From the NCBI GenBank assembly GCA_046705325.1, contig JBJKQQ010000002.1, positions 1 through 38,195 on the forward strand: a stretch of 38,195 bases of DNA. The letters are read 5' to 3'. The notes under the pieces were generated by a model. The model saw only the letters and a list, made by a program, of their open reading frames with translations. It did not search any database and had not been told where the DNA came from. Shown here piece by piece: positions 12,676 to 22,632 of the stretch. Positions within the stretch are counted from its first letter, which is position 1; every line of letters starts with the position of its first letter. Position numbers and translations under genes: made by a program. The stretch comes from Candidatus Pacearchaeota archaeon. GTDB taxonomy: Archaea > Nanobdellota > Nanobdellia > Pacearchaeales > GW2011-AR1.

Positions 12676-14195
12676 AGTTCAAGATAAAGTGGACTTGGAA
12701 GATATGGCTCTTAGTGATCATGCTTGCTCTTTCGCTTCTTGCGATTTTCGCCGGCGGAAATCTGTTCCAGAAAGGAGTTTCAATCTCAAGCGTCACTTCA
12801 AATTCAACTGCCGCGATGCAGGGATTCAAGGCAGGACAAATTATAACTTCAGTAAATGGCCAGCCGATTGAAAATACAAGCGACTACGCAAACATAATCG
12901 AATCTCACTTTTCGAACAATCAGACTGTAAAGCTTACTTTTGGCACAGACAATGGAAGCGTTGTCTATTACTCTGATGTGCCTCCACAAATTGTCGTTTC
13001 AGATTTGTCGCCAACAAACCTTAAGACCGGTTTGGATTTATCAGGCGGAGCGCGCGCATTAGTTCAGGCTGAAAATCACACTCTCTCTTCCGAAAACGCA
13101 AGCCTCATCGCGACAATGATTTCGCAAAGGCTTAACGTCTATGGCCTCGAAGACATTCAGGTCGCTCCAATCCAGGACCTTTCCGGAAACAATTACATCA
13201 GCATTGAAATCGCGGGAGCTACGCCAAGCGACTTGGAATCCCTGATTTCCCAGCAGGGGAAATTCGAAGCCAAGATTGGAAACCAAACCGTCTTCCAGGG
13301 AGAAAATGGCGACATCGCTTCTGTCGCAAGATCCGGACAGCAGGCAGGCATCCAAAGTTGCAATCAGCAATCGGATGGAAGTTACGTTTGCAGTTTCCAA
13401 TTTGCGGTTTACTTAAGTCAGACTGCGGCCGAAAGATTTGCGAACATAACCGCAGGCATTCCGGTAAGTGGACAATACCTGACAAAAACAATCGACTTAT
13501 ATCTTGACGGGCAGGAAATAGAAAACCTTTCCATAAGCAAGGACTTAAGGGGTCAGGTGCAGACACAGATTTCCATACAAGGTTCAGGAAACCCTGCTTC
13601 AACTTCGATAGACGCTTCCCATAATGCGCAAAATCAGATGAATAAATTGCAGACAATTCTAGAAACCGGAAGTTTGCCTTACAAGCTCGAGATAGTTAAA
13701 CTTGACACAATATCTCCGACTCTTGGAAAAGACTTCTCAAAAAGCATTTTGCTTGCCGCAATAGTTGCGATACTTGCGGTTTCTATAGTGGTTTTCATAA
13801 GATACAAAAAACCAAAAGCCTCGCTTGCTCTCTTACTGACAAGCACGTCTGAGATAATCATAATTCTCGGAATAGCTGCCGTAATCAATTGGAATCTGGA
13901 TCTTCCCTCAATTGCAGGAATCCTTGCTACAATAGGAACCGGAATCGACGCGCAGATAATTATCCTGGATGAAGCGCGCGGAAAATTCCTGTCGCTGAAA
14001 CAAAGAATCAAGCGCGCGTTTTCAATAATTGTCGGCTCTTATTTTACTTCCTTCGTCGCACTTATTCCTCTTTACAGTGTCGCTGCGGGCCTTTTCAAAG
14101 GCTTTGCATTCACAACAATAATCGGAATCACTATCGGCGTCCTGATTACGCGGCCCGCATTCGCGGACATCATTAATCTGGTCGAGAAAGAATAA
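12672..14195 (+). CDS. secD: Protein-export membrane protein SecD
   Basis: 507 aa with an N-terminal TM segment, a large extracytoplasmic domain (LKTGLDLSGGARALVQ) and a C-terminal multi-TM block. Confidence 0.8.
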   Translation: MKFKIKWTWKIWLLVIMLALSLLAIFAGGNLFQKGVSISSVTSNSTAAMQGFKAGQIITSVNGQPIENTSDYANIIESHFSNNQTVKLTFGTDNGSVVYYSDVPPQIVVSDLSPTNLKTGLDLSGGARALVQAENHTLSSENASLIATMISQRLNVYGLEDIQVAPIQDLSGNNYISIEIAGATPSDLESLISQQGKFEAKIGNQTVFQGENGDIASVARSGQQAGIQSCNQQSDGSYVCSFQFAVYLSQTAAERFANITAGIPVSGQYLTKTIDLYLDGQEIENLSISKDLRGQVQTQISIQGSGNPASTSIDASHNAQNQMNKLQTILETGSLPYKLEIVKLDTISPTLGKDFSKSILLAAIVAILAVSIVVFIRYKKPKASLALLLTSTSEIIIILGIAAVINWNLDLPSIAGILATIGTGIDAQIIILDEARGKFLSLKQRIKRAFSIIVGSYFTSFVALIPLYSVAAGLFKGFAFTTIIGITIGVLITRPAFADIINLVEKE

Positions 14196-14225
14196 TCTCA
14201 TTTCATTAAGAGATTTCTTATAATC

Positions 14226-15173
14226 CTAACTCTCATTTAAGACTCTTTCGACTTCACTTTTATCTTTTAATATTTCTTTTAAACCTTCTTTAAAACTTCT
14301 TGGTGAAAAACCAGGATAGATGGATTTTAATCGGGATATGTCTGTTCTTTTCTCGAAAGTTCCATCTGGTTTAGTGGGATCCCAGTCAATTTCTCCCGCC
14401 CAACCGATCTCTCCTGAAATAATCTCCACAATCTCTTTTATAGAATAATCAAAGCCGGTCCCTATATTTACAATTTCTTTTGAAGAGTAATGTCCCATAA
14501 GATAAATAAGAGCCTCCGCGCAATCTTCAGAATAAAGGGCCTCCCTTCTCGGGCTTCCCGTACCCCATAATATTACCTTGGAATTGTTTTTTTTGGCCAA
14601 AAGAAATTTTTTTATCAGAGTAGGAATCATGTGTCCATTTTCTAGGTCATAGGTATCCCTTAATCCATAAAGGTTGGTCGGCATAGCACAAATAGTATCT
14701 ATCCCATATTGTTTCCGGTAAAGTTGGCAAGCCACAACCCCCATCCCTTTTGCAACAGCATACCCTTTATTTGTCTCTTCAAGTTTCCCTGCCATAAACC
14801 TCTCTTCTTTTATCGGCTGAGGGTTTTCTTTAGGGTAAATGCATGTGGATCCGGTATAAAGCAATTTTGATTTTGGAGACTTTTCTTTTATAGATTCAAG
14901 AAGATTAAGGATCATTATCGAATTTTGGTATAAAAAATCAGCAGGTCTTTTTTTGTTTCCCATTATCCCACCAACTAACCCCGCAACCATAAAGATATGT
15001 TCAGGCAGATTATTTTCCAGATACTTTTCAATATCTCTCTTGTCAAGAAGATTTAGTTCTTTGCTTCTTGGAGACAATATGTTGTTGTAACCTCGCCGGA
15101 TTAAAATCCTTTTCACTGCACTTCCAAGCAAACCCCCTGACCCCAAGATCAATATTTTTGAATCCTTCTCCAT
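14226..15173 (-). CDS. fcl: GDP-L-fucose synthase (GDP-4-keto-6-deoxymannose 3,5-epimerase/4-reductase)
   Basis: ILILGSGGLLGSAV Rossmann motif, STCIYP, YAVAK (YxxxK). It lies immediately downstream of gmd. Confidence 0.8.
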   Translation of the reverse strand: MEKDSKILILGSGGLLGSAVKRILIRRGYNNILSPRSKELNLLDKRDIEKYLENNLPEHIFMVAGLVGGIMGNKKRPADFLYQNSIMILNLLESIKEKSPKSKLLYTGSTCIYPKENPQPIKEERFMAGKLEETNKGYAVAKGMGVVACQLYRKQYGIDTICAMPTNLYGLRDTYDLENGHMIPTLIKKFLLAKKNNSKVILWGTGSPRREALYSEDCAEALIYLMGHYSSKEIVNIGTGFDYSIKEIVEIISGEIGWAGEIDWDPTKPDGTFEKRTDISRLKSIYPGFSPRSFKEGLKEILKDKSEVERVLNES

Positions 15174-15174
15174 A

Positions 15175-16230
15175 TTAATAAAGAATTTTCTCTCCGGATT
15201 TTATGAGATTATAATCATGTTTGGTCATTATTTTAACTAACTCCCCGAACTTTGTTTTAGCTTTCCATCCTAATTTTTCTTCTGCTTTTCTTGGATTCCC
15301 TAAGAGTAGGTCCACTTCTGCAGGACGAAATTGTTTTGGATTTACTTTGATTATTTCTCTGCCAGTACTTTCATCAATCCCAACTTCATCAGCCCCCTTA
15401 CCTTTCCATTTAATTTTTATCCCTAACTCTTTGCAGGCCTCTTCTATAAACTCTCTAACCGAATGCAACTCCCCTGTGGCAATCACAAAATCTTCAGGCT
15501 TTTCCTGTTGGAGCATAAGCCACATTGCTTCTACAAATTCAGGAGCATAACCCCAATCTCTTTTTGAGTCTAAATTTCCCATCTCAAGATAATCCTGTAG
15601 GCCTAATTTTATTTTAGATAATCCAATTGTTATTTTTCTTGTTACAAAATTAAACCCTCTTCTTTCTCCTTCGTGATTGAATAAAATCCCATTACATGCA
15701 TACATATGATAAGATTCTCTATAATTCTTTATGATCCAGTATCCATATAATTTTGCAACTCCATAGGGGCTTCTTGGATAAAATGGGGTTTCTTCTGATT
15801 GGGGTGTTTCTACTACCTTTCCAAATAATTCAGAAGTTGAAGCTTGATAAATTTTCACTTTATCTTTTAATCCAAGTTCCCTTACTGCCTCAAGAATTTT
15901 CAATGTCCCAAGAGCATCTATACTTGCAGTAATCTCTGGAATTTCAAAGGATATCCTTACATGAGACTGTGCTGCAAGATTGTAAATTTCATCCGGACGA
16001 ATTTTATTTATCAAACTCATCAAAGAGACCACATCTGTAAGATCTCCATAGTGTAAGAAAAGCCTTTTATCAAGAATTTCCGAGTCATTGTACAAATGAT
16101 CTATTCTCCAGGTATTTATTGAACTGGCACGCCTAATTATTCCATGGACCTCATATCCCTTTTTCAAAAGCAAATCCGCGAGATGGGACCCATCCTGCCC
16201 CGTTATTCCAGTGATTAACGCTTTCTTCAT
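15175..16230 (-). CDS. gmd: GDP-mannose 4,6-dehydratase
   Basis: [52 protein letters not shown] and NHEGERRG are typical Gmd signatures. Confidence 0.9.
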   Translation of the reverse strand: MKKALITGITGQDGSHLADLLLKKGYEVHGIIRRASSINTWRIDHLYNDSEILDKRLFLHYGDLTDVVSLMSLINKIRPDEIYNLAAQSHVRISFEIPEITASIDALGTLKILEAVRELGLKDKVKIYQASTSELFGKVVETPQSEETPFYPRSPYGVAKLYGYWIIKNYRESYHMYACNGILFNHEGERRGFNFVTRKITIGLSKIKLGLQDYLEMGNLDSKRDWGYAPEFVEAMWLMLQQEKPEDFVIATGELHSVREFIEEACKELGIKIKWKGKGADEVGIDESTGREIIKVNPKQFRPAEVDLLLGNPRKAEEKLGWKAKTKFGELVKIMTKHDYNLIKSGEKILY

Positions 16231-16419
16231 ATTCCGAGGGGGGGCTTTTATTTTATAAAGATTATGAAACGGGGTTCCTGCGAAATTCTAACTCAAGAAA
16301 AAATTCAAATAAATATAATTTTGTAAATAGAGGATATCAAAGTAGGAAAAAATAAAAATAGGTCTCTGTTTGTTAATCGATGGGTGCGATTCAAAAGGAG
16401 AAAAAAGATTTTTCGGTCC

Positions 16420-16668
16420 TTCCAGTTTAGCCCTCTCAACAATCCTAATTCTTGCAGAATCAATTTTTCTATTGATTTCCGGAATATTTCTTGGATACCT
16501 TGACAGGATAATGCTCAGACACTTCGTTATAGAAGAATTTGTCGGATGCTATTTTGTATGCCTTGGTTTTATTGGTGCACTAACCCTCCGATGGAATTTA
16601 GTGCAGTTGTGCCCCCTTCTTTTTCAGTAGAAGGGGGAAGAATCGATTAAGAGGGTCTCCCTAACGGC
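16420..16668 (+). pseudogene. Internally deleted remnant of a Wzx-type flippase gene, paralogous to 17709-19112
   Basis: 16424-16455 resembles 17919-17950. 16470-16665 resembles about 18505-18725, at roughly 70% nt identity by eye; at the peptide level ISGIFLGYLDRIMLRHFV.EEFVG aligns with ISGIFFGYIDRLMLGHFVAGEFVG. About 550 nt between the two segments is missing. Confidence 0.65.
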
Positions 16669-16783
16669 GGTCGCGGGATTCTTCAAAGGTTTCGCGTTCA
16701 CGACCATTATCGGAATCACTATCGGCGTCCTGATTACGCGGCCCGCATTCGCGGACATCATTAATCTGGTCGAGAAAGAATGA
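16667..16783 (+). pseudogene. Detached duplicate of the last 38 codons of secD
   Basis: It translates to AVAGFFKGFAFTTIIGITIGVLITRPAFADIINLVEKE*. 16709-16781 is 73/73 identical to 14121-14193. The preceding 42 nt differ from secD at 14 positions, mostly synonymous. Confidence 0.85.
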
Positions 16784-16832
16784 ATGATTTTTATTTCATA
16801 AGTTTTAAAAGGAAATCTCTCTGTTCAGTAAC

Positions 16833-17678
16833 ATGAAAATTGGAATTATTGGAATGGGTTTCGTTGGTGGAACAACGGCCAAAGTTTTCGAAAAAGTTCA
16901 TGAAGTGATTCCTTATGATAAATACAAGGGGCCTTATACAGACCCATCAAGACTTTCAGATGCAGAAGTTATATTCATTTGCGTTCCGACGCCGATGAAA
17001 TCAAGCGGAGAAATCGATTTGTCCGCAATCCATGATGCTATGAATCTCCTTAAGAGATTATTTCCTGAGTCTAAACAAAAACCTCTTATTGTGATTAGGT
17101 CTACAATTATCCCCGGAACATCCGATGATTTAGAGAAAGAGTATCAATTCAATTTTGTTTCCAACCCGGAATTCCTTAGGGAAAAACACGCTCTTGAAGA
17201 TATGGAAAACACAAATAGAATGGTCATCGGGGCTAATAGGGGCGAAGACTCTAAAAAATTGGAAGAAGTTTACAAACCTCTTTTTCCTAATATAAAATAT
17301 GTCTGCGTTGATAGAAAAACAGCAGAGATGACAAAATATGCTTCGAATGTAATGCTTGTGAGCCAAGTAGCAATCGCCAATGAAATTTATCAGGTCTGCC
17401 AACATCTTGGCGTCGATTATGGAGAAGTTAAGGACACCCTTTTAATGGATGAAAGAATAGCAAGAAATATTCAGGTTCCCGGGCCTGACGGGGATCTTGG
17501 CTTCGGCGGGAAGTGTTTCCCTAAAGACCTTAGCGCGCTGATATACCTTTCTAAAGAAAAAGGCTACGACCCCGACCTGCTTGAAGAAGTATGGAAACTC
17601 AATGGAAGGATAAGAAAGAACAAGGATTGGCTTGACATAAAAGGCGCGACTTCGGAAAACAACTTCAAAAAAGAATAG
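16833..17678 (+). CDS. UDP-glucose/GDP-mannose dehydrogenase family protein, short form
   Basis: N-terminal KIGIIGMGFVGG Rossmann motif and the catalytic-Cys motif FGGKCFPKDL. Only about 55 aa follow the Cys. Confidence 0.7.
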   Translation: MKIGIIGMGFVGGTTAKVFEKVHEVIPYDKYKGPYTDPSRLSDAEVIFICVPTPMKSSGEIDLSAIHDAMNLLKRLFPESKQKPLIVIRSTIIPGTSDDLEKEYQFNFVSNPEFLREKHALEDMENTNRMVIGANRGEDSKKLEEVYKPLFPNIKYVCVDRKTAEMTKYASNVMLVSQVAIANEIYQVCQHLGVDYGEVKDTLLMDERIARNIQVPGPDGDLGFGGKCFPKDLSALIYLSKEKGYDPDLLEEVWKLNGRIRKNKDWLDIKGATSENNFKKE

Positions 17679-17708
17679 AAATAAAAAACAAAAAAGATTC
17701 TTTTTCTT

Positions 17709-19112
17709 ATGAAGATCGCGAATGAGATTAATTCTGAGAAAAAAGATATTTCTGACATCTGGAGAAGAATGAAGACAAGGAATTTTTCCGGAAACACCGG
17801 CCTCGCAGTAAAAAATGGAGCTTACCAATTCTTGACCACAGTAGCTTCAAAACTCGGCTCTCTTATTTTAACAGTGGTCCTCGCGCGTCTCCTCATGCCC
17901 GAGCTTTTTGGACTTTACAATTTAGCTCTCTCGACAATCCTTATCTTCGCCGCTTTCTCCGAGTTGGGTTTGGGCTCTACCCTTGTAAGGTTCGTTTCAA
18001 GGGAACTTGGGAAAAAGAACAAGATTCTCGCAAAAGCTTATTTAAGGCATCTCGGAAAAATAAAGCTCTTCCTTCTTCTGGGCGTGTCTGCAATACTTTT
18101 GTGGTCTGCAAGATTCATCTCTGAAAATTATTACCAAAAGCCGTTGTTTTTGGCTCTTGCAGCCGGAGCAATTTACATCCTGATTATGGAATCCGTTATT
18201 TTCTTCCAGTCTGTTTTGCAGTCTTTCAATTATTTTAAGGGAATCTTAAAAAACGAATTTGTCTTCCAGATCTCCCGGCTGATCCTGGTCCCTCTTGCAG
18301 TGGTATTCGCTTTGAAATATTCTCTTCCACAGCAAAATATCTTGTTTTACATAATTCTTGCTTTGGCTGCTTCTTATTTCATATCCCTATTGTTCATAGC
18401 ATTCTTCCAGTACCGAAAGTTTAATCCACTCAAAGAGATTTCCAAAAAATTAAAACTCGAAAAAACAGACAAATCCGGCATTAACAAATTTTTTGCCGCT
18501 TCAATCGCCCTTTCGATATCCGGAATATTTTTCGGGTACATAGACCGATTAATGCTCGGACATTTTGTCGCAGGGGAATTTGTCGGTTACTATTCCGCCT
18601 CCATAAGCCTCTTTAGCGCCTTGATACCTCTGGCGGGATTCGGGGCCGTCGCTCTTCTCCCTGTTTTCAGCAGGATAGGAAAAGAAGAACAACTTGACAG
18701 GGGGATGAAAGGGTCTCTGAGGATGACTGTTTTTATTTCCATCATTGCCATAATAGGAACTCTCGCTTTGGCTTATCCCGCAATCTATCTGATATTTGGA
18801 ACCCCCTATCTTCCCTCTGTAAATATTCTAAGGGCTTTGTCGCCTATGCTGATCATAGTCCCTTTAACCAGCATTTACGGCGCTTACTTTTTGTCGAAAG
18901 GAAAACCCGGGATGATGTCCATACTTCTTATTTCAGCTACGGCGTTGAACATAGTCTTAAATTATGTCTTTATTGTAACTTTCATAAATATCAGCACGCT
19001 TGCCGCGGTTTACGGGGTTGTTCTTGGAACTGTAATAAGCGATTTGATCTACCTCTTGGCGTTGGTCGTCGCGAAGAAAAAACTTTCGAAAGTGCAAAAG
19101 AATAATGCTTAA
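17709..19112 (+). CDS. Oligosaccharide/polysaccharide flippase (Wzx-like, MOP superfamily)
   Basis: 467 aa with roughly 12-14 hydrophobic segments, in a glycan-cluster context. Confidence 0.7.
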   Translation: MKIANEINSEKKDISDIWRRMKTRNFSGNTGLAVKNGAYQFLTTVASKLGSLILTVVLARLLMPELFGLYNLALSTILIFAAFSELGLGSTLVRFVSRELGKKNKILAKAYLRHLGKIKLFLLLGVSAILLWSARFISENYYQKPLFLALAAGAIYILIMESVIFFQSVLQSFNYFKGILKNEFVFQISRLILVPLAVVFALKYSLPQQNILFYIILALAASYFISLLFIAFFQYRKFNPLKEISKKLKLEKTDKSGINKFFAASIALSISGIFFGYIDRLMLGHFVAGEFVGYYSASISLFSALIPLAGFGAVALLPVFSRIGKEEQLDRGMKGSLRMTVFISIIAIIGTLALAYPAIYLIFGTPYLPSVNILRALSPMLIIVPLTSIYGAYFLSKGKPGMMSILLISATALNIVLNYVFIVTFINISTLAAVYGVVLGTVISDLIYLLALVVAKKKLSKVQKNNA

Positions 19113-19136
19113 AAATCCATTTCTTTTACTAAGAAC

Positions 19137-19823
19137 ATGAAAGAATTGCTTTTCTCTTCGCAAAATCCTCTGGAACTAGTTGGAGAAGATGGAAAAAAAA
19201 TTTTCAACTTCCTTAATCTTTACAGCCTTTATCTTTTCTTCCGGAATGACCGGTTCATGGAATCTATTTCCTCAGGAAATGCAATTAATTTTCCGGATGG
19301 AACAATGATTGCAAGACACCTTGGGTTAAAGCAACAACGAGGCCCAAGTTTTACAAGAGATTTTCTTAAGGGTAATGAGGCAAGATACAAGAAACATTTT
19401 TTTATTGGACTTAATCTTAATGAAATCCCAAAACTTTCAGAAATAACTTCTATCCCCGAAAATAAAATTAATTCCTATAATCCTTCTCGTATTTTGGGGA
19501 TTGAATTTCCTCCAGAGGAAAAGAAAAAGATGATTAAAGAGGTAAATAAATTCAGGCCCGATTTTCTCTGGGTTTGCGTCGGAAACCCGAAGCAAGAGAT
19601 TTTATCTTATGAACTTTTTGAGAAGGTCAAAGTTGAAAAAATTTTTAACGTTGGAGCAGCGCTTGATTTTCTTCTTGGAAAAAAGAAGGAAGCTCCTAAA
19701 TTCTGGCGAGGCGTGAAATTGGAATGGCTTTATCTCGGGATCACCAATCCAAAAAGAACGTTAAAGAAGATAAAAGGCAGTTTCATAGCATTGCCAAGAT
19801 TAAAGTATGTAAAAACAAAATGA
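19137..19823 (+). CDS. WecG/TagA/CpsF family glycosyltransferase (GT26)
   Basis: NFPDGTMIA, VCVGNPKQE, NVGAALDFLLGKKKEAPKFW...LEWLY....NP.R are GT26 hallmarks. Confidence 0.7.
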   Translation: MKELLFSSQNPLELVGEDGKKIFNFLNLYSLYLFFRNDRFMESISSGNAINFPDGTMIARHLGLKQQRGPSFTRDFLKGNEARYKKHFFIGLNLNEIPKLSEITSIPENKINSYNPSRILGIEFPPEEKKKMIKEVNKFRPDFLWVCVGNPKQEILSYELFEKVKVEKIFNVGAALDFLLGKKKEAPKFWRGVKLEWLYLGITNPKRTLKKIKGSFIALPRLKYVKTK

Positions 19824-20932
19824 AAAAGCTATTATTTCTCAGCCCCCTTCCTCCGCCGCATTACGGCGCGGCGATGTCCAGCGAAGCTTGTCTTAAGATA
19901 TTGAATGATTCTAGCGAGTTTGAAGTTGAAAATATAAAACTAAATTATTCAAAAGAAATGTCTGATGTGGGAAAAATAAATCTTTCTAAGATCCTTGGGG
20001 TATTTAAGGTAAGGAAAGAGATAAAAGAAAAAACAAAACAATTTCAGCCGGATGAAATTTATTTTGTTCCTGCAACTTCCGGATTCGGATTGATAAGAGA
20101 TTCATTCTTTGTTTCAATAATAAAAAAGAAATCCAAAAATAAAATCTTATTCCACATAAGAAGCAGGATACAGGATGAAGACTGGAACAACAAAAAATAT
20201 CAAAAGATGTATCGGTCCATGTTGTCAGGTCAAAAAGCAATCGTCCTCGATGATTCTTTAGCAAAAGATCTTCACGGGCTTGTTGAAGAAAAAAATATTT
20301 ATGTTCTCCCCAACGCGATAGAAAATGCAATCTCGGATGATGAAATAAAAAGAATCGTATTGGAAAGAAAAAAATCAAAAGAATTCAACATATTATTTCT
20401 TTCAAATATGGACGAGACAAAAGGATGGTTCAAACTTTTACAAGCTTGCAAAATCCTGAAAGACAAGAAAATAAACTTCAAGTGCAATTTTGTCGGGGCA
20501 TTTCCCGGTGAGAAAGAGAAAAATAAATTTTATGATTATGTGAAGAAAAACAATCTTGAGGATTTTGTTTCTTATCTCGGAAAAAAGACAGGACAAGATA
20601 AAAATGAGATTCTTAAAAAATCCGATGCCCTTGTGTTTCCCACAGAATACAGGCTTGAAACTTTTGGTCGCGTAATCCTCGAAGGGATGATGTTTTCAAT
20701 GCCGGTGATAGCAAACGGAATAGCCGCAATTCCAAACATAATTTCCGACGGCAAAACAGGATTTGTGCTTAAAGAAAACACGCCTGAAGAAATCGCGGAA
20801 AAAATAAAAATCCTGGCAGAAGATAAAAAGCTCAGAGAGAAAATGGGAAGAGAAGGAAGAAAAAGATTCCTCGATAAATTCGAGATGAAAAAATATAGTG
20901 AAGAGTTTTTGAAGATACTGAATCAGGGGTGA
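19820..20932 (+). CDS. Glycosyltransferase family 4 (GT-B). The start was moved to an internal ATG that overlaps the upstream stop.
   Basis: MKKLLFLSPLPPPHYGAA... and ETFGRVILEGMMFSMPVIAN....IPNIISDGKTGF (E-x7-E type). The track start 19724 would overlap GT26 by 100 nt, whereas ATG 19820 gives an ATGA junction. Confidence 0.7.
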   Translation: MKKLLFLSPLPPPHYGAAMSSEACLKILNDSSEFEVENIKLNYSKEMSDVGKINLSKILGVFKVRKEIKEKTKQFQPDEIYFVPATSGFGLIRDSFFVSIIKKKSKNKILFHIRSRIQDEDWNNKKYQKMYRSMLSGQKAIVLDDSLAKDLHGLVEEKNIYVLPNAIENAISDDEIKRIVLERKKSKEFNILFLSNMDETKGWFKLLQACKILKDKKINFKCNFVGAFPGEKEKNKFYDYVKKNNLEDFVSYLGKKTGQDKNEILKKSDALVFPTEYRLETFGRVILEGMMFSMPVIANGIAAIPNIISDGKTGFVLKENTPEEIAEKIKILAEDKKLREKMGREGRKRFLDKFEMKKYSEEFLKILNQG

Positions 20933-20956
20933 ATATCCATCAAAAATTTTTTATTT

Positions 20957-21907
20957 TTACAATTCTTTAAATGTTTCAATGTTGTAAAACGATTTTTTTG
21001 AAAAATCTTCATACTCGGGTAAGTGTTCTATGATGGATTTTATGGTGTCTTTTATTCCATATTGGGGACTGAATCCCAAAACAGTTTTTGCTTTTTCTGA
21101 AGAGACTTTGTAATTTCTGAAATCTTGAATATGCTTTATGTTTAATTTAATTTTTCTTCCAAGTTTTTTTTCAATTTCCTCTCTGACTATGTCGCCCACC
21201 ATCCCGACAGTGTAATTCTCCGAGGTTATATTGAATATGCCACTGATTCTTGAATCTGTTTCCATGGCGCGGATGTAACCCTGAACTGCATCCCTAATAT
21301 CGAGCAATGGCCTCCAAATAGCAGGATTATTGACGGTTATTTCTCCGGTGGTCATAGCAAACTTGAACATTGTATTTATTATAAGGTCAAATCTCATCCT
21401 CTGGCTGTATCCGCAAACAGTTCCTTTCCTTAAAGCGATTACAGAAAAGTTATCATCAGTTAACTGTAGACATCCTTTTTCAGCCTGAAGCTTAGAGATG
21501 CCGTAGGGATATTGGCAGGTGGCCGGAGAATTTTCATTATATAACTCGTCAATAGTATACCCATAAACTGAGCAAGATGAAGCTAGGATAAATCTTTTTA
21601 CTCCTGCTGCTTTGGACTGGAATGCTAAATAAGTGGGAACTGCAGAATTTGAGATAAAATTCTTCGCAGGATCAAATTCTGCCATAGGGTCATTAGACAA
21701 ACCGGCGAGAAATATGACTTGATCGTATCCTCTTAAATCTTCCACACCGAGATCCAGTATGTCTCTCTTGTGAACATTTACTTCTGGAGGCAAATGATTC
21801 CCAAACCAAAGCAAATCTACGACATCTACTTCATAGCCTCGGTTTAACAATTCTGGAACAAGCATCGAACCAACATATCCAGCTCCGCCGGCAACAAGCA
21901 CTTTCAT
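20957..21907 (-). CDS. NAD-dependent sugar epimerase/dehydratase (extended SDR)
   Basis: KVLVAGGAGYVGS, SSCSVYG, YGISK (YxxxK). Confidence 0.7.
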   Translation of the reverse strand: MKVLVAGGAGYVGSMLVPELLNRGYEVDVVDLLWFGNHLPPEVNVHKRDILDLGVEDLRGYDQVIFLAGLSNDPMAEFDPAKNFISNSAVPTYLAFQSKAAGVKRFILASSCSVYGYTIDELYNENSPATCQYPYGISKLQAEKGCLQLTDDNFSVIALRKGTVCGYSQRMRFDLIINTMFKFAMTTGEITVNNPAIWRPLLDIRDAVQGYIRAMETDSRISGIFNITSENYTVGMVGDIVREEIEKKLGRKIKLNIKHIQDFRNYKVSSEKAKTVLGFSPQYGIKDTIKSIIEHLPEYEDFSKKSFYNIETFKEL

Positions 21908-22632
21908 TGCAATCCCTCCTTGAATATGGAAAGATATCTTCCGCAGTTTAATGAAGTGTCTTTTGGAACATTGAAGTTGACCTCTTTTATTGAAATCCTT
22001 TTAATGTTTTTTTCAGGGCTTATGTGCTTAGCATATTCAAAAACAGACATTCTTTTTCCTCCGATGTGAATTATCCCTTTTAATTTTTCATTATCTAATA
22101 TCGTTATGATCTTTTTTGCAATCTCGCTGACTTTTTCGCGGCTCGTCCATTGATCAATGAAAGCTCCTTCATATGGAAATTCATTTTGGCTGAATGAAGT
22201 TCGTACAATCAAAGAATCATCATAAAGCCTTGCAGCACACTCTCCTCCAAGCTTTGACCAAGCATATTTGTTTATGGGATACAATTCATCATCTTCAGAA
22301 TAATCCCCGCGGTCTCCTTTAAAGACATAATCTGTAGAGATGTAAATAAGTCTAATCTTTTTTTTGATGCAAACTTTTGTGATGTTCGCGGTTCCGACAA
22401 TGTTAGACTCAAGCGCTTCCAGAGGGTTTTGGTCTATTTTTGGAGGTGATGTGAAAGCGGCAAGATGCAAGATGCAATTGATGTCTTTTTCTGAAATATA
22501 TTTTTCAATTGATGCATAATCTTTCACATCTAACTCGTTTCTGGTGGGGAAGAAAGCGTGGGGGATAAGATATCTTATTTCAGAACCAAGAAGCCCGCTT
22601 CCGCCGGTTACGAGAACTTTGCTATAATCCAT
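21904..22632 (-). CDS. rfbD: dTDP-4-dehydrorhamnose reductase-like SDR
   Basis: From the internal start: MDYSKVLVTGGSGLLGSEI, STDYVF.G, YAWSK. ATG 22632 shares 1 nt with the rfbC stop (TAATG). The track start 22698 lies inside rfbC. Confidence 0.65.
   Translation of the reverse strand: MDYSKVLVTGGSGLLGSEIRYLIPHAFFPTRNELDVKDYASIEKYISEKDINCILHLAAFTSPPKIDQNPLEALESNIVGTANITKVCIKKKIRLIYISTDYVFKGDRGDYSEDDELYPINKYAWSKLGGECAARLYDDSLIVRTSFSQNEFPYEGAFIDQWTSREKVSEIAKKIITILDNEKLKGIIHIGGKRMSVFEYAKHISPEKNIKRISIKEVNFNVPKDTSLNCGRYLSIFKEGLQ

Noticed and set aside
19724-19819. The track's upstream start for the GT4 gene
   Set aside because: It would overlap the GT26 gene by 100 nt. The internal ATG at 19820 forms an ATGA junction and begins a typical GT4 N-terminus.
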